The notes under the pieces: generated by a model | Databases searched by the model: none | The model's input: only the letters and a program-made list of their open reading frames with translations | What the model was told of the DNA's origin: nothing | In this document: in pieces, positions 9,025 to 18,900 of the stretch | How positions within the stretch are numbered: position 1 is the first letter of the stretch | How the letters are laid out: every line of letters begins with the position of its first letter | Program-made: the position numbers and the translations under genes | Source of the DNA: Candidatus Thorarchaeota archaeon | GTDB lineage: Archaea > Asgardarchaeota > Thorarchaeia > Thorarchaeales > Thorarchaeaceae | Assembly: GCA_020348985.1 (NCBI GenBank) | Contig: CP070761.1 | Span: 760,990 to 824,989 of the forward strand | Direction of reading: 5' to 3' | DNA length: 64,000 nucleotides

Positions 9025-9782
9025 TCACGTTCGCTCTCAGTGTTTGAAGCCAAGTTCCTTCTCCACCGACGTTCTATCTTCCTTTCTCGATTGAAATGCG
9101 CCATCTCTCCGCCTATCTTCTTCGTGGTTCCACTGACTATGGCTGCACCTTCGGAACCGCCTAAGAACAGCGCAACAAGAATTCCTGTCCAGTCGCCAGA
9201 TATGAGAAGTCCAATGACCCCCAGTGCCAATGCTGTGATTACTGTCCAAGCTCCGCCAAGAAAGAAAAACCACTTGCGTCTAGGGACGTGTAGTCTTAGG
9301 AAACTCTCGTAGTTCATCTTCAGTGCGGGCTCATTGTACATCCCCCTGCAGAATCCTTCGATTTTGATTCCCAACCATCGTCCGGCTATCAATCGTCCAA
9401 AAGGATAGAGCAGAAAGACAAGTAAGAGCACATCGAGGAGCCGCCTCGTGAAGAGCCACCAATCCGATGATGACCACGCCAGCATATTGGCCCAGTCCAA
9501 TGGAATTCCAAGCAGTCTAACATACCACACGAATGGGAAAACAGCTACGATGGACAGCATAGTGACTACTGTCAGCGTGGGGTATGTTCTTCCTCTCTGT
9601 GCCTCAAAGAGCATATCACGAATCTCCGAAGCCAGAACGATTTCATCCTCGTCTGGTTTTGGACTTCGTTTGACCTGTCTCACGAGTTTCCAGAAGCGCT
9701 TTCTTGTTTGAAGTGGCGTATCCTTTGGATTCCCTGCCACGACACCTCTGATTTCCTGGAGTTCTGCCAACCTCTCCGACAC
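9021..9782 (-). CDS. Membrane protein, possibly a degenerate site-2-protease-like fold
   Basis: Several TM segments; YPFGRLIAGRWLGIK sits where HExxH would be. Confidence 0.6.
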   Translation of the reverse strand: MSERLAELQEIRGVVAGNPKDTPLQTRKRFWKLVRQVKRSPKPDEDEIVLASEIRDMLFEAQRGRTYPTLTVVTMLSIVAVFPFVWYVRLLGIPLDWANMLAWSSSDWWLFTRRLLDVLLLVFLLYPFGRLIAGRWLGIKIEGFCRGMYNEPALKMNYESFLRLHVPRRKWFFFLGGAWTVITALALGVIGLLISGDWTGILVALFLGGSEGAAIVSGTTKKIGGEMAHFNRERKIERRWRRNLASNTESERD

Positions 9783-9932
9783 GCGATCACCCTGAAAGAA
9801 TAACGCTACCTTCCCGCAAAAGGCAAGTTTTCAGCGCAATCATATCAGTCTCGGCATGAAACCCAATAAAACATTAGGAGGATTCGCTATCCACATGCGG
9901 AATCTGACATATGTCAGAAGGAGGAAGAAGAT

Positions 9933-10286
9933 ATGACTCGGCCTACTGGAATATCGATTCTGGCTATAATTCAGCTACTCTCCTCGCTTCTCTACCTTGT
10001 CATAGGAGGTTTGGCAGTGTGGGTGGCTTTTGAGCTTGGAGGGATCTTAGGAATATTCGCGGCCTTCTTTAGCTTGATTCTCTTCATAATCGGGCTGATT
10101 GGCTTGATCATCTTTTGGGGACTTTGGAACCTAAAGACTTGGGCTTACTGGTTGGCTCTATTCCTGAACCTTTTAGCACTGCTCACCCAGAGTGGCGATA
10201 TCTACGGGAACATATTCAGCTTTGCAGTTAGCTTGATAGTTGTGATCTACTTGCTGGTTCCCCAAACGAGAAACGCATTCTACTGA
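9933..10286 (+). CDS. Small 4-TM membrane protein
   Basis: RPTGISILAI...GLWNLKTWAY...YLLVPQTRNAF pattern; GGAGG RBS. Confidence 0.85.
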   Translation: MTRPTGISILAIIQLLSSLLYLVIGGLAVWVAFELGGILGIFAAFFSLILFIIGLIGLIIFWGLWNLKTWAYWLALFLNLLALLTQSGDIYGNIFSFAVSLIVVIYLLVPQTRNAFY

Positions 10287-10507
10287 AGGTGGAAAACGTC
10301 ACAGAGGAAGAGCGCACGAGGAATCTAAGATCGTGCTCTCTTTCTCTCACACAGGTCTTGTTAGTGAATCATCCGAATAAGATGAATCTAGGCCCGTGAA
10401 TGGGACTTCTCGAGCCATTGGGACCTATTGTCCACATATCACCAGCGAATCCGTATCTAAGGTGAATCCTGGTGGTCCGTCGAGAGAGGCCTATACTGTG
10501 AATAATG

Positions 10508-10757
10508 GCTGATTTTGGGAGAGAGGAGAAGCTCACTTCTCCTTCCCCCCGACTAGTTATGCTTTGTTTCTTTTGAAACCCAATGCTATCAGGCACGATG
10601 TCAATATTCCGAGTGACAACCTTAATAGCAAAATCAGCGTTCGAAGGTGTGGCGGTCGGGGGCCAACGGGGCTTATTTGTTATGTAACATGCCCTCATAA
10701 CTCCCCCCTCCTACCAGGAGCTCTGTTGGTCCGACTGCCACATTCTTCTAGCTGATT
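10508..10757 (+). ncRNA. Candidate structured RNA of unknown class
   Basis: About 24-bp stem (10648-10673 with 10719-10742) whose mismatches are all G-U on the + strand, plus further and alternative helices. Confidence 0.45.
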
Positions 10758-10905
10758 GTCTCGCAAATCTTTTCAGGGTTCAGAAAGAGAGTTATGCAGA
10801 GCAGGCATGTTATGCGAAGAAAGCTCAGCAATTCTCGAGTTGGTATTATCTGGTCATCACATCGATTATCCTGGCTTTGTGTCCCAAGGTCTTGCGTCTG
10901 ATAGC

Positions 10906-11628
10906 ATGATCATTACTCTCACTATATGCGGTATTGCTGCAATGATGGCACTTGTCTTGGGTCTGGTGATGGAGGGTAACAGCGACTCTCCCGAGCGAGG
11001 TTTGGCAAGACGAAAGCCCCTTCTTATTCCCTCGATAGTGTTTACTGCCACCGCAATTCTCGTCGTCTCACTAGCACCAATTCCAATGGCACAATTTCGA
11101 GGATATAACGAAACTCGATTTGCCCTAAATGAAGACCAAACTATATCGTTCAGCCTCTACGACAGTGAAGCATACTCACGTACGTTGAATTTCATGGCAA
11201 CCACGTATTTAGAGACTGACGAATCGATTGTTGTCTATCTCCGTATCTACCAGAATGATTCACTGGTCCTATCTGCTGCACTTCCGCTTCTCTCCCCCTT
11301 GATTGATGAAATGGTTGTGGATGATACGGACATATCTATTCAACCAGGTGTCTTCACAGCGAATCTTTCGTACGCGTACACTGGAAGTCTACCCTCTAGC
11401 ACAAGTGACCGTTGGATACAAGTGACCCTGTCTCAGCCATTGGCTCCAGGTTTCCTATCAGAGATTATCATCTGGGACGGGTACAGATTCATCCTCGGCG
11501 TAGGTTCTTTCTTCTTCATCCTTGGGGGAATCTGCGTAGGTAAGGAAGAGAGGAAAAGGCGAAGTCTGAAGCGGGTCGACCAAGAGCCACCTAGAGAAGG
11601 AGAGATCTACGTGAGGAAGTGGGGTTGA
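10906..11628 (+). CDS. Membrane protein with extracytoplasmic beta-rich domain
   Basis: TM-TM-soluble domain-TM-basic tail; start moved to ATG 10906. Confidence 0.7.
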   Translation: MIITLTICGIAAMMALVLGLVMEGNSDSPERGLARRKPLLIPSIVFTATAILVVSLAPIPMAQFRGYNETRFALNEDQTISFSLYDSEAYSRTLNFMATTYLETDESIVVYLRIYQNDSLVLSAALPLLSPLIDEMVVDDTDISIQPGVFTANLSYAYTGSLPSSTSDRWIQVTLSQPLAPGFLSEIIIWDGYRFILGVGSFFFILGGICVGKEERKRRSLKRVDQEPPREGEIYVRKWG

Positions 11629-11676
11629 GTTGCAGCCTCCTCTCGTGTCCTACATATGAAAAGAATCCGCAAACGA

Positions 11677-12144
11677 TCAGGGGTAGCGCGTTTCTTTCAG
11701 AGATTCTGCGTAGAAATCAATTGTCCCCACTTCTGCCATCCTCTTGTTCTTCTTCCGCCATCTCTCATCCAGGCTTGGATGAAATTGTGGTTTGTCACAG
11801 GGAAACTGGTCACATTGGAAACAGAAGTCTATGTCCTTCGATTCGATACTCGGGCACGTAGCCACGCCACAGTTTGGATACAACGGATGTCCGTTACGAC
11901 ACCCCGGACAGTCTGCATCAATGAACTTCTGAAGCATCTCCTTGAAGGCAGGATAATTGCTGAAGACTGGGAAGAACCTAGAGTATCTCTCTGCATAAGC
12001 ATCGAAGTTTCCTAGAAGTTCCTTCAAGTGCATACTGGAATCGGAGATGTCGCCGTCAAGATACGCGACACACCTCTTACAATCCAACCCGCATGGAGCA
12101 AGGATTTCAGTAATCTCATCTTCTCTCATCTGAGCGCACATCAC
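11677..12144 (-). CDS. DUF3795 Cys-rich (Fe-S/Zn) protein
   Basis: APCGLDCKRC...CPGCR...CGVATC...FCFQCDQFPC. Confidence 0.88.
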   Translation of the reverse strand: MMCAQMREDEITEILAPCGLDCKRCVAYLDGDISDSSMHLKELLGNFDAYAERYSRFFPVFSNYPAFKEMLQKFIDADCPGCRNGHPLYPNCGVATCPSIESKDIDFCFQCDQFPCDKPQFHPSLDERWRKKNKRMAEVGTIDFYAESLKETRYP

Positions 12145-12252
12145 ATCATCATTCTGGGAGAGTGATTAGCATCGGCTTCAGAGCAATGTCATTGCTTTAA
12201 CCATAAATCCCTCACTCCGGGCCCTGACTTCTTCTTGAAACAGATTTCTGGT

Positions 12253-13428
12253 TCACAATCCTCGGCGATAGCGACGAAGGACAATCACAATCGCGACTAT
12301 TGACACAGTTGCTGCAACTCCCACAATCAGCAATTCTGGTGGAAATGCAACTCCTCCATCTTCTGGGATGGGCTCCGCAACAATGACAGTGAAAGAGCCG
12401 TCTAGGGTATATCCCTGAGTATCATTGACCCAGACATGAATTCCATACTCTCCGATTCCTAGCGTAGTCCGATTGGTTACTACGCCCTCATTGTCAATCG
12501 CAAACCGCACTGTGTCATTCAACCACCAGCTATCTATCCCTGAAGGATCAGATGCATTCAGGTCGTATCTGAGAGGTTGATTCAGTTCGATCGTCTTATT
12601 GTCGAGTTCAGTTGGAATCCAAATGGGTGGGGCCTTGTCAATAGTTATGAGATCGTTTGTCACCGTGACATTGTCAATGCCTTGCCCAGACTCTCCACAG
12701 AAACCAAAGAGGACACTGGAACGGATAAGAAGATCGACCGTGGTAAGATGCAGTGTACCATTTAAGTACACACAAATATGTCCAGAACGGTCACGAGTAA
12801 TGTCTATGTGCTGCCACCCAGTCATATTCCCGGTTGGGGCCTCATCCAACCACACAATATCAACAGGCCACTGAATTACCCTTACTAGTGTGATTGTGGG
12901 TTCTGTGTAGTAACGATAGGGGCCTGTTACCAACTGAACTATGTAGCCATTCTTCCACCAATCATATACTCTGTGACTCTCCAAGATGAACGGCAGTAGG
13001 ATTTCGTTATGTTCCCTGTCGACGGGATAAACATCTATGCTCCAAGTCCCGTACACAACTGAACTATTGTGGAATGCAAGATTCCAGTTTTCTCCTTGCG
13101 CCATAATTGCACCATTTGTGACAGTGAAGTTACTCGGGAGCTCACTTCCTTGCGACCCTGACCCTATTGCTCCGTAGGTTGTCCATCCGTCGAAGTTGCC
13201 ATCCTCGAAGTCATCTGACCAAGATGGGTCTTGGACAGACAACTCTCGAGTCGTTTTACTGTCGTATGCTGTCGACCCCGCGTTCCATCCAAAAAGCAGA
13301 AGCAGTACAATGATTGTCCTCTTGAACACGCTCTCCACCACCATACTGGGTACCGCAATCATTGACGCTTTGAAATCCTCAACGGTGCTTGCACTCTTTG
13401 AATATCTAGGAAGCTCTGACCCAGCCAC
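12253..13428 (-). CDS. Cell-surface protein: ConA/LamG-like beta-sandwich, Ig/cadherin-like domain, C-terminal TM anchor (start probably near 13344)
   Basis: WSDDFEDGNFDGW start of domain, WQHIDITRD, IDNVTV; many NxS/T sequons; TM plus RRYRR tail. Confidence 0.7.
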   Translation of the reverse strand: MAGSELPRYSKSASTVEDFKASMIAVPSMVVESVFKRTIIVLLLLFGWNAGSTAYDSKTTRELSVQDPSWSDDFEDGNFDGWTTYGAIGSGSQGSELPSNFTVTNGAIMAQGENWNLAFHNSSVVYGTWSIDVYPVDREHNEILLPFILESHRVYDWWKNGYIVQLVTGPYRYYTEPTITLVRVIQWPVDIVWLDEAPTGNMTGWQHIDITRDRSGHICVYLNGTLHLTTVDLLIRSSVLFGFCGESGQGIDNVTVTNDLITIDKAPPIWIPTELDNKTIELNQPLRYDLNASDPSGIDSWWLNDTVRFAIDNEGVVTNRTTLGIGEYGIHVWVNDTQGYTLDGSFTVIVAEPIPEDGGVAFPPELLIVGVAATVSIVAIVIVLRRYRRGL

Positions 13429-13484
13429 GTTCTATTGCTTGCTTTCTTTATCCAAGAATTAAGTCTTCGCAATCCCTTGTAGGC

Positions 13485-14132
13485 TCACTGCTCCGACGTA
13501 GATTGTGATTCGCTCGTGTATTCAATCCAGCTCTTCTCTCTTGGCATTGGCGGGATGAACCGAATCATCAGGAGGCCAAGTACCAATAGCAAAGGAAGTG
13601 GAATGAAGATCATGTACTCTTGGCTTGCCACCATAATGACGTACAAGTTTCCGACCAATGCAAGAATGGGCATGACAAGTTCACTAAAGAGCCCTGTCAT
13701 TATGACTCTCCTTCTGGTAGTCTGACCTATCAGGAACCTGTGAACCATGTACACAAATGCCAATCGTGGAATGGCAAGCGGGATGCCCGCGATGAGCATT
13801 AGAGGATCTATCATTGTATCTGTCAATGACAGACCTATTGACATCCACCACAGTCCCATGACGTAGACCAATGGCAATCTCTCTGGATCAAAGTAGATGT
13901 TGATGGAAATAGGCGCCGTTACTGCGAGAATCACTAACACTGCTGGGCCTATCCGGATTAGAGTCGCTTTCAAAGAAGGATCCTGGTCCATTTCTTCTTC
14001 GCTCTTTGAGTAAAGCCAGTAGGCTGAGTAGACCACAAACAGGGTGAAAATGAGGACATTCAGCATCACTATTGAGAATATCAGCGGATCCGGCGCGGGA
14101 ACATCAGTCGTGATTTGTAGCATTGTCGACAA
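13485..14132 (-). CDS. Multi-pass membrane protein
   Basis: About 6 hydrophobic segments. Confidence 0.7.
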   Translation of the reverse strand: MSTMLQITTDVPAPDPLIFSIVMLNVLIFTLFVVYSAYWLYSKSEEEMDQDPSLKATLIRIGPAVLVILAVTAPISINIYFDPERLPLVYVMGLWWMSIGLSLTDTMIDPLMLIAGIPLAIPRLAFVYMVHRFLIGQTTRRRVIMTGLFSELVMPILALVGNLYVIMVASQEYMIFIPLPLLLVLGLLMIRFIPPMPREKSWIEYTSESQSTSEQ

Positions 14133-14286
14133 TCCCAGTCAGTTGTTTTGAGAGATAAGTCTGATGTAGATCATCAGGAATCCTATAGGTTGTACTCAAT
14201 GATAATCTCCCAGACAAAGGAGTATCGGAGCATTTTTCGTCTCTGATCCCCTACATACTGTAAATCTAATGTAACTGAGAAGGCAC

Positions 14287-15096
14287 GTGATGTTTGGGAG
14301 AATCCTACTCTTCAGGAACTTGGTCGACAACATACCAAAGAACATTGGACTCTATTCAGTAGGTCTGTTGTTCCTCATCATCAATCAGTATACATTTGAT
14401 GTTTCATCGATGGTTCTGGGGCTTCTTGCATTTCTCATCTCTTACTCTTCGGTTTACATTCTTAACGACATTTGGGATGCCGCGGACGACCGATTGGATG
14501 AATACAGAATTGAGAGAAAGCCTCTGGCCCGAGGAGAAGTCAAAACAGGCGAAGCAACCGTGATAGCTGCTGTTCTACTAGCTACAGGGCTCATTCTCTC
14601 AGCTGCACTGGGCGTAATCTTCTTCGCCTTTGCTTTTGCGATGGTTGGAATCAACGCACTCTATTCTAGTCCCTCTATTGGCGAAATTCGGTTGAAGCAC
14701 TCACCAGTTGGGATTCCGCTTGTCTTCATAATGCAGTTTCTGAAGATACTTCTCCCTTGGACACTCAGTACAGAAATCTACAACTTCCCAATCTTCTTCG
14801 GATTAGGATCATCATCGTTTTACACGGTCTTCTTCAAGGGATACAAGCGAAACAAGACAATCGCAGAGTGTTTCAAGCATAGTCCTGGACTTTCTCTCTT
14901 GACAGTCGTTGTCTTCTCCCTCTCGTTGTGCATTCACCCACAACCAGTTTTGCAGGCATTCATACTCATTTACTTGCTCATTGGTGTCGGCATCTTCTGG
15001 AGATCACGCTTCACCGACAAGAAGGTCATAGTCCTAGGCTCTGTCTATATTCTGCTTGGCGTCTTGATTCTATTCTACTTAATGTCAATCATGTAA
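14287..15096 (+). CDS. UbiA family prenyltransferase
   Basis: YILNDIWDAADD...RKPLARG motif, YS..P..LK, multi-TM. Confidence 0.88.
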   Translation: MMFGRILLFRNLVDNIPKNIGLYSVGLLFLIINQYTFDVSSMVLGLLAFLISYSSVYILNDIWDAADDRLDEYRIERKPLARGEVKTGEATVIAAVLLATGLILSAALGVIFFAFAFAMVGINALYSSPSIGEIRLKHSPVGIPLVFIMQFLKILLPWTLSTEIYNFPIFFGLGSSSFYTVFFKGYKRNKTIAECFKHSPGLSLLTVVVFSLSLCIHPQPVLQAFILIYLLIGVGIFWRSRFTDKKVIVLGSVYILLGVLILFYLMSIM

Positions 15097-15253
15097 TCAG
15101 AGGCATCTCACAAGTGAACCAAACATGATTTGATTTACTAGCTTTTGTGTAGCGTCAGCACTAGTCTTGGATTGTGCGTGATACGTAAGGAGATTGTATA
15201 GGCACTTTATGGTTGGTAGATAATGGTCTCTTGCCAGTGGGATTGCAGAAGAA

Positions 15254-16546
15254 CTAGTTTTCGACGGAAGACCTCGCAACCTTGTAGACTCTGTGATAAA
15301 GGATATACAACATTGCCACCCAAATTGGATTTATCGGGTCAAAGCCAATGAGCAAGTAATGGAACACTATTCCAAACGAGAAGAACGCTAACAAGTTGTT
15401 AGCTCCATGCCAAAGGAGATCGAGATTGTGAGATTCTCTTTCCGTTAGATGACTTGTATTATAGAGCTGTAGCATTGAGGGAGCAAGAAAAGCATACAAA
15501 AATGCCAGGAAAAGGAACCAGGAATCAGGAAAGACTAGTAGTATGAGAAACATCATGTCTGCAAAATGACGAACATAGTTCTTTCTTTCACTTCTATCCA
15601 TCACAAACGTGACATAGCTTCTCAGAAAGATGAAACCGCCTAAGACCAAGATGACCGAGAATTGAAGAAGACTTGTTTCCACAAATGGAAGAAGCGCCAC
15701 TACAAGTCGGGTGATGCTTGTACTATGATGATAGGAGAGTTCCCCAGCGAAGTTGACTTGGAGGAACTCATTGAATGTTTCAGGATAGGTGAAGAAGTAG
15801 ACAATGTTAGGCACCATTGAAAGCAATAGTCCCAGGAAAGCACCAACAAGCTGTTTGATGGATAAGCTTGGACGATGGCGTCCCACGACAGTTATTGGTA
15901 CAAGAAAAGGAATCAATACAACACAAAATGGTTTGAGAGTGGACGCAATCCCAATGAGAAGTCCAACCCAGAAGAATGGAAGAGTAGTATCCTTTGATGA
16001 AGACAGCAGAACATACAATGCAACAAGAACAAGAAGGATGACCAATTGCGAGATCTGGCCGAGGATCAGGTTGACAACATGAGGAGGTGTAATCGCCACA
16101 ATCGTAAGTGTCTTTTCGAAGTTCTTGGTTGAAGTTGTGACTCCGATCTCCAAACTGACCCTGTAGACCATGTAGACTGTAAAGAGATGAATTGCTGTCA
16201 TCAATATGATGTTCATCAAGTAGAGAGAATAGAGGGGAATCGCAGCGAAAAGAGACATGAATGCAGCAAAGGCGGGTAGATATCTGAATGGGAGTCCACC
16301 GGGACTCACGGTGTAGATGTAACCAGGTGAGCTGATGAATGCCTGTCCAGCTTCGTAGAAGACATGGAAATCCATTGTATAGACAGTTGATTCTAGATTG
16401 CCAGTCAGAGTGAGGAAGGCGAAAACTATCATAACAGATGAAAGCGAAAGCAGATTAAAGACGAATCCAAGTTTCAGCAATCTGGATGTCTTGAGGTAGT
16501 TTTGGAATGAAACAACCTCTGAGCTCACCATACTGACACGCCCCAT
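15254..16546 (-). CDS. Glycosyltransferase family 87 (DUF2029, GT-C fold)
   Basis: DFHVFYEAG, PFRYLP, NLILGQI and LKPF motifs; multi-TM. Confidence 0.85.
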   Translation of the reverse strand: MGRVSMVSSEVVSFQNYLKTSRLLKLGFVFNLLSLSSVMIVFAFLTLTGNLESTVYTMDFHVFYEAGQAFISSPGYIYTVSPGGLPFRYLPAFAAFMSLFAAIPLYSLYLMNIILMTAIHLFTVYMVYRVSLEIGVTTSTKNFEKTLTIVAITPPHVVNLILGQISQLVILLVLVALYVLLSSSKDTTLPFFWVGLLIGIASTLKPFCVVLIPFLVPITVVGRHRPSLSIKQLVGAFLGLLLSMVPNIVYFFTYPETFNEFLQVNFAGELSYHHSTSITRLVVALLPFVETSLLQFSVILVLGGFIFLRSYVTFVMDRSERKNYVRHFADMMFLILLVFPDSWFLFLAFLYAFLAPSMLQLYNTSHLTERESHNLDLLWHGANNLLAFFSFGIVFHYLLIGFDPINPIWVAMLYILYHRVYKVARSSVEN

Positions 16547-17091
16547 AGGAAAGCCTCAGCAAGCAATAGTGAGGCTCCAGAAGAAGTAAGGAGCCCAATG
16601 ATAAGAACCGCCTCAGGCCATTTGTAGCGTTTGGTCCATCGTACATCAAGCAAGAAGAACGGAAGAAACAGAACAATGATCACCAACCCCATGATAATCA
16701 GATTTGGTGGCTCTATGAAGTTTCTACCTCCCATGAGAATCATGTAGACGGCAACCAACACCACCGGGGGATGTAGGGTTATCCTTTCTAGTAGCCCCCA
16801 TCTCCAGGTCTTTGCCCAATGTTCCTGTGATTTGAAACGCCGCATGAAATTGATGTCCCAAATCGATGTCACTATGAGAATTGGAAATGCGACCATGACC
16901 ATTACGTTGAAGGGCCAAAATCCAAGGTCCATGGATAGTGCCAGGCAAGTATAGTACGAGAAAAAGCGACTAAAGTATCTCCGTCTGAATTGAAGCTGTT
17001 CGGTCAATTTGAACTCTACAATCCATACACGAAAAACGAGGAAGGCCATGCCAATAATGCTGATGATCACCTTCTCACCCTCAAAGCTCAA
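16525..17091 (-). CDS. Membrane protein, overlapping the GT87 start
   Basis: GAGGTG RBS then TTG at 17091; several TM segments; ERITLHPP. Confidence 0.7.
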   Translation of the reverse strand: MSFEGEKVIISIIGMAFLVFRVWIVEFKLTEQLQFRRRYFSRFFSYYTCLALSMDLGFWPFNVMVMVAFPILIVTSIWDINFMRRFKSQEHWAKTWRWGLLERITLHPPVVLVAVYMILMGGRNFIEPPNLIIMGLVIIVLFLPFFLLDVRWTKRYKWPEAVLIIGLLTSSGASLLLAEAFLWGVSVW

Positions 17092-17301
17092 ATCCACCTC
17101 TCGATCATGAACCTCTTCAAATCTCAGGCATATTTGGTCAAAACATCGAGTCCGTCTTCTGTCACAATGGAAGATGCTGGAAACTTGGCAGAAAATAACT
17201 CTTCTTTTAGGGATTCTCACTGCCGATACACATTCTGTGTATACACGTTCTGTGAAATCATAGGCACCAAGTACCAAGCTGTTGATTCGGGCGCGGAGAC
17301 C

Positions 17302-17499
17302 TTGGAGTGGGCGCTGCAAGACCTTGTCCACCAAGTGGAAGAAGCTGCAGATGAAGATGGAGCGGACAAATCGCTCAAGCAGGAATTAGTGGGAAGAATA
17401 AAGAGCCTGGGCATGTCGAAAGCTGAAGAGGAATCGGCAAGCACTCTTTGGACGATAGCAAAGGCAGGACTCCGAATTCTGGGAATCCCAATTCCATAG
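17302..17499 (+). CDS. Possible small helical protein or gene remnant (65 aa)
   Basis: Only the 3' part of ORF 16990..17499 looks protein-like; GGAG precedes TTG 17302. Confidence 0.35.
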   Translation: MEWALQDLVHQVEEAADEDGADKSLKQELVGRIKSLGMSKAEEESASTLWTIAKAGLRILGIPIP

Positions 17500-17669
17500 T
17501 CACCGTGTACTCTCTGTCGGTCTACTCAATCCTCAGTTTCTCAACCACTGCAAGATTGTGGTTGGCATGAAGGAGCTTGGTGAGCCACATGAAGGGCTAG
17601 AATCGATAGACACTCGATTGCTTTTTCCTGCTCCACTCACTCTGCTCTTGTTGATACGCCCATGGATTC

Positions 17670-18497
17670 CTAATCAATTCGCTTTCTTTGCCTGAGGACT
17701 ACGACAAGTATCACTACCAATGCAATTCCTCCACCAACGATGAGGGGGAATGTTATGTCTACTGGTTCCCCATCGGTTGCAGTTGGAGTTGACGTTGGTT
17801 CAGAATATGGAATAACAACTATGTTGTCGATTGCTATTCCGGCTTCAGCAGAGAATGTGAACAGGTCACATGTTGTGTGAAGCGAATCACTGACTGTGAT
17901 TCCCAAAGTGCCGTTAAAATGCACCTCAAAGCTGCCATCAAAATCTCTGGTGATATTGATATGATACCATCCAGAAACCTCCTCCACATCATACTCTCCC
18001 AATGAAGATAGATACGGACTCGTTGAAGGTCTACGATACAGGACGAATGTATGGTTCCCATAATCGTGCTGACCCACAACTGGTATTATGCCATACTCGA
18101 ATGGCATTGTGTTAATGTCCTCAGGATCCAAAGGAGGACTTCCAGATACAAATGCAATATAGGAACGATTCGATGGAGTGTCTACACAATGGACATCAAA
18201 AGCCCACGAGCCATAAGCAACGTTACTTGTCCGATATGCTTGACTCCACCCCTCACCATAAACCCGCATTGTGTTGTCGTATTCAGCTGTGATGTTCCCA
18301 GGGAGTGCCGTCCATGGAACGGTAGACGCATTGAATCCCTGGACATTCCATCCATCGATGTTTCCATCATCAAAGTCATCTGACCATGCTCCCTCCTGAC
18401 TGATTGCGAAATCAATCTGGTTGGCAGAAGACATGGTTGGGATCATCAAACACAGAACGAGTGTTAGTGTTAGCAAACTCACCTTCTTCCTAATCAC
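17670..18497 (-). CDS. Cell-surface ConA/LamG-like protein, paralog of 12253..13428
   Basis: Signal peptide, WSDDFDDGNIDGW, WYHINITRD, IDNIVV, PT linker, TM and basic tail. Confidence 0.75.
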   Translation of the reverse strand: MIRKKVSLLTLTLVLCLMIPTMSSANQIDFAISQEGAWSDDFDDGNIDGWNVQGFNASTVPWTALPGNITAEYDNTMRVYGEGWSQAYRTSNVAYGSWAFDVHCVDTPSNRSYIAFVSGSPPLDPEDINTMPFEYGIIPVVGQHDYGNHTFVLYRRPSTSPYLSSLGEYDVEEVSGWYHINITRDFDGSFEVHFNGTLGITVSDSLHTTCDLFTFSAEAGIAIDNIVVIPYSEPTSTPTATDGEPVDITFPLIVGGGIALVVILVVVLRQRKRID

Positions 18498-18900
18498 AAT
18501 CTCTCCACTCCTACTAGTGCTGAAACCAAGAAATCACTTAATTCTCTCAGGCCAGCTGAGAGAGCTTTGAAGCCGTGTTATAGGGATGACAACACTGTGA
18601 ACAAGACTGTGTACAGAGCTTCGACATAAGGTTTCCTCATCGATTGCGACTCAGTTGCTCTCGGACAGCTCTGGAACTCGTCGATTCGGAAACAGCTCGG
18701 ACTATCCGAGCTCAATACTCATCTTGTTGATAGTTAGTTTCGAGCACCTCTCTGGGGCTCGTCTGTCTTACTCAGTGAACTCCTCGCCGCACGAAACTCC
18801 TAGTAGGAGCAAGTCACAGGCCGATGCTGTAGTGCGTGGCAGTTACCGCAACAGTTACTTACATTCGTGTTTGAGCGCCGGAGAGAAGAGGCAGTCGCAG

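Noticed and set aside
7463-10314. Shared GAGGAAGAGCG 11-mer in two intergenic regions
   Set aside because: Too short to exclude chance, and the flanks do not align.
10369-10698. 109-aa minus-strand ORF with a G-rich RBS-like element
   Set aside because: No recognisable motif, and the G-U bias favours a + strand RNA. Not fully excluded.
10300-10760. RNase P or SRP RNA
   Set aside because: GAGGAA and GGCUUA fragments occur, but there is no complementary P4 pairing, no ACAGAA box and no SRP helix-8 motif.
18655-18900. N-terminal extension of UvrB (similar extensions at 53660, 37990, 30972, 10756, 17334)
   Set aside because: Non-protein-like sequence upstream of the domain start or RBS; these are longest-ORF artefacts.
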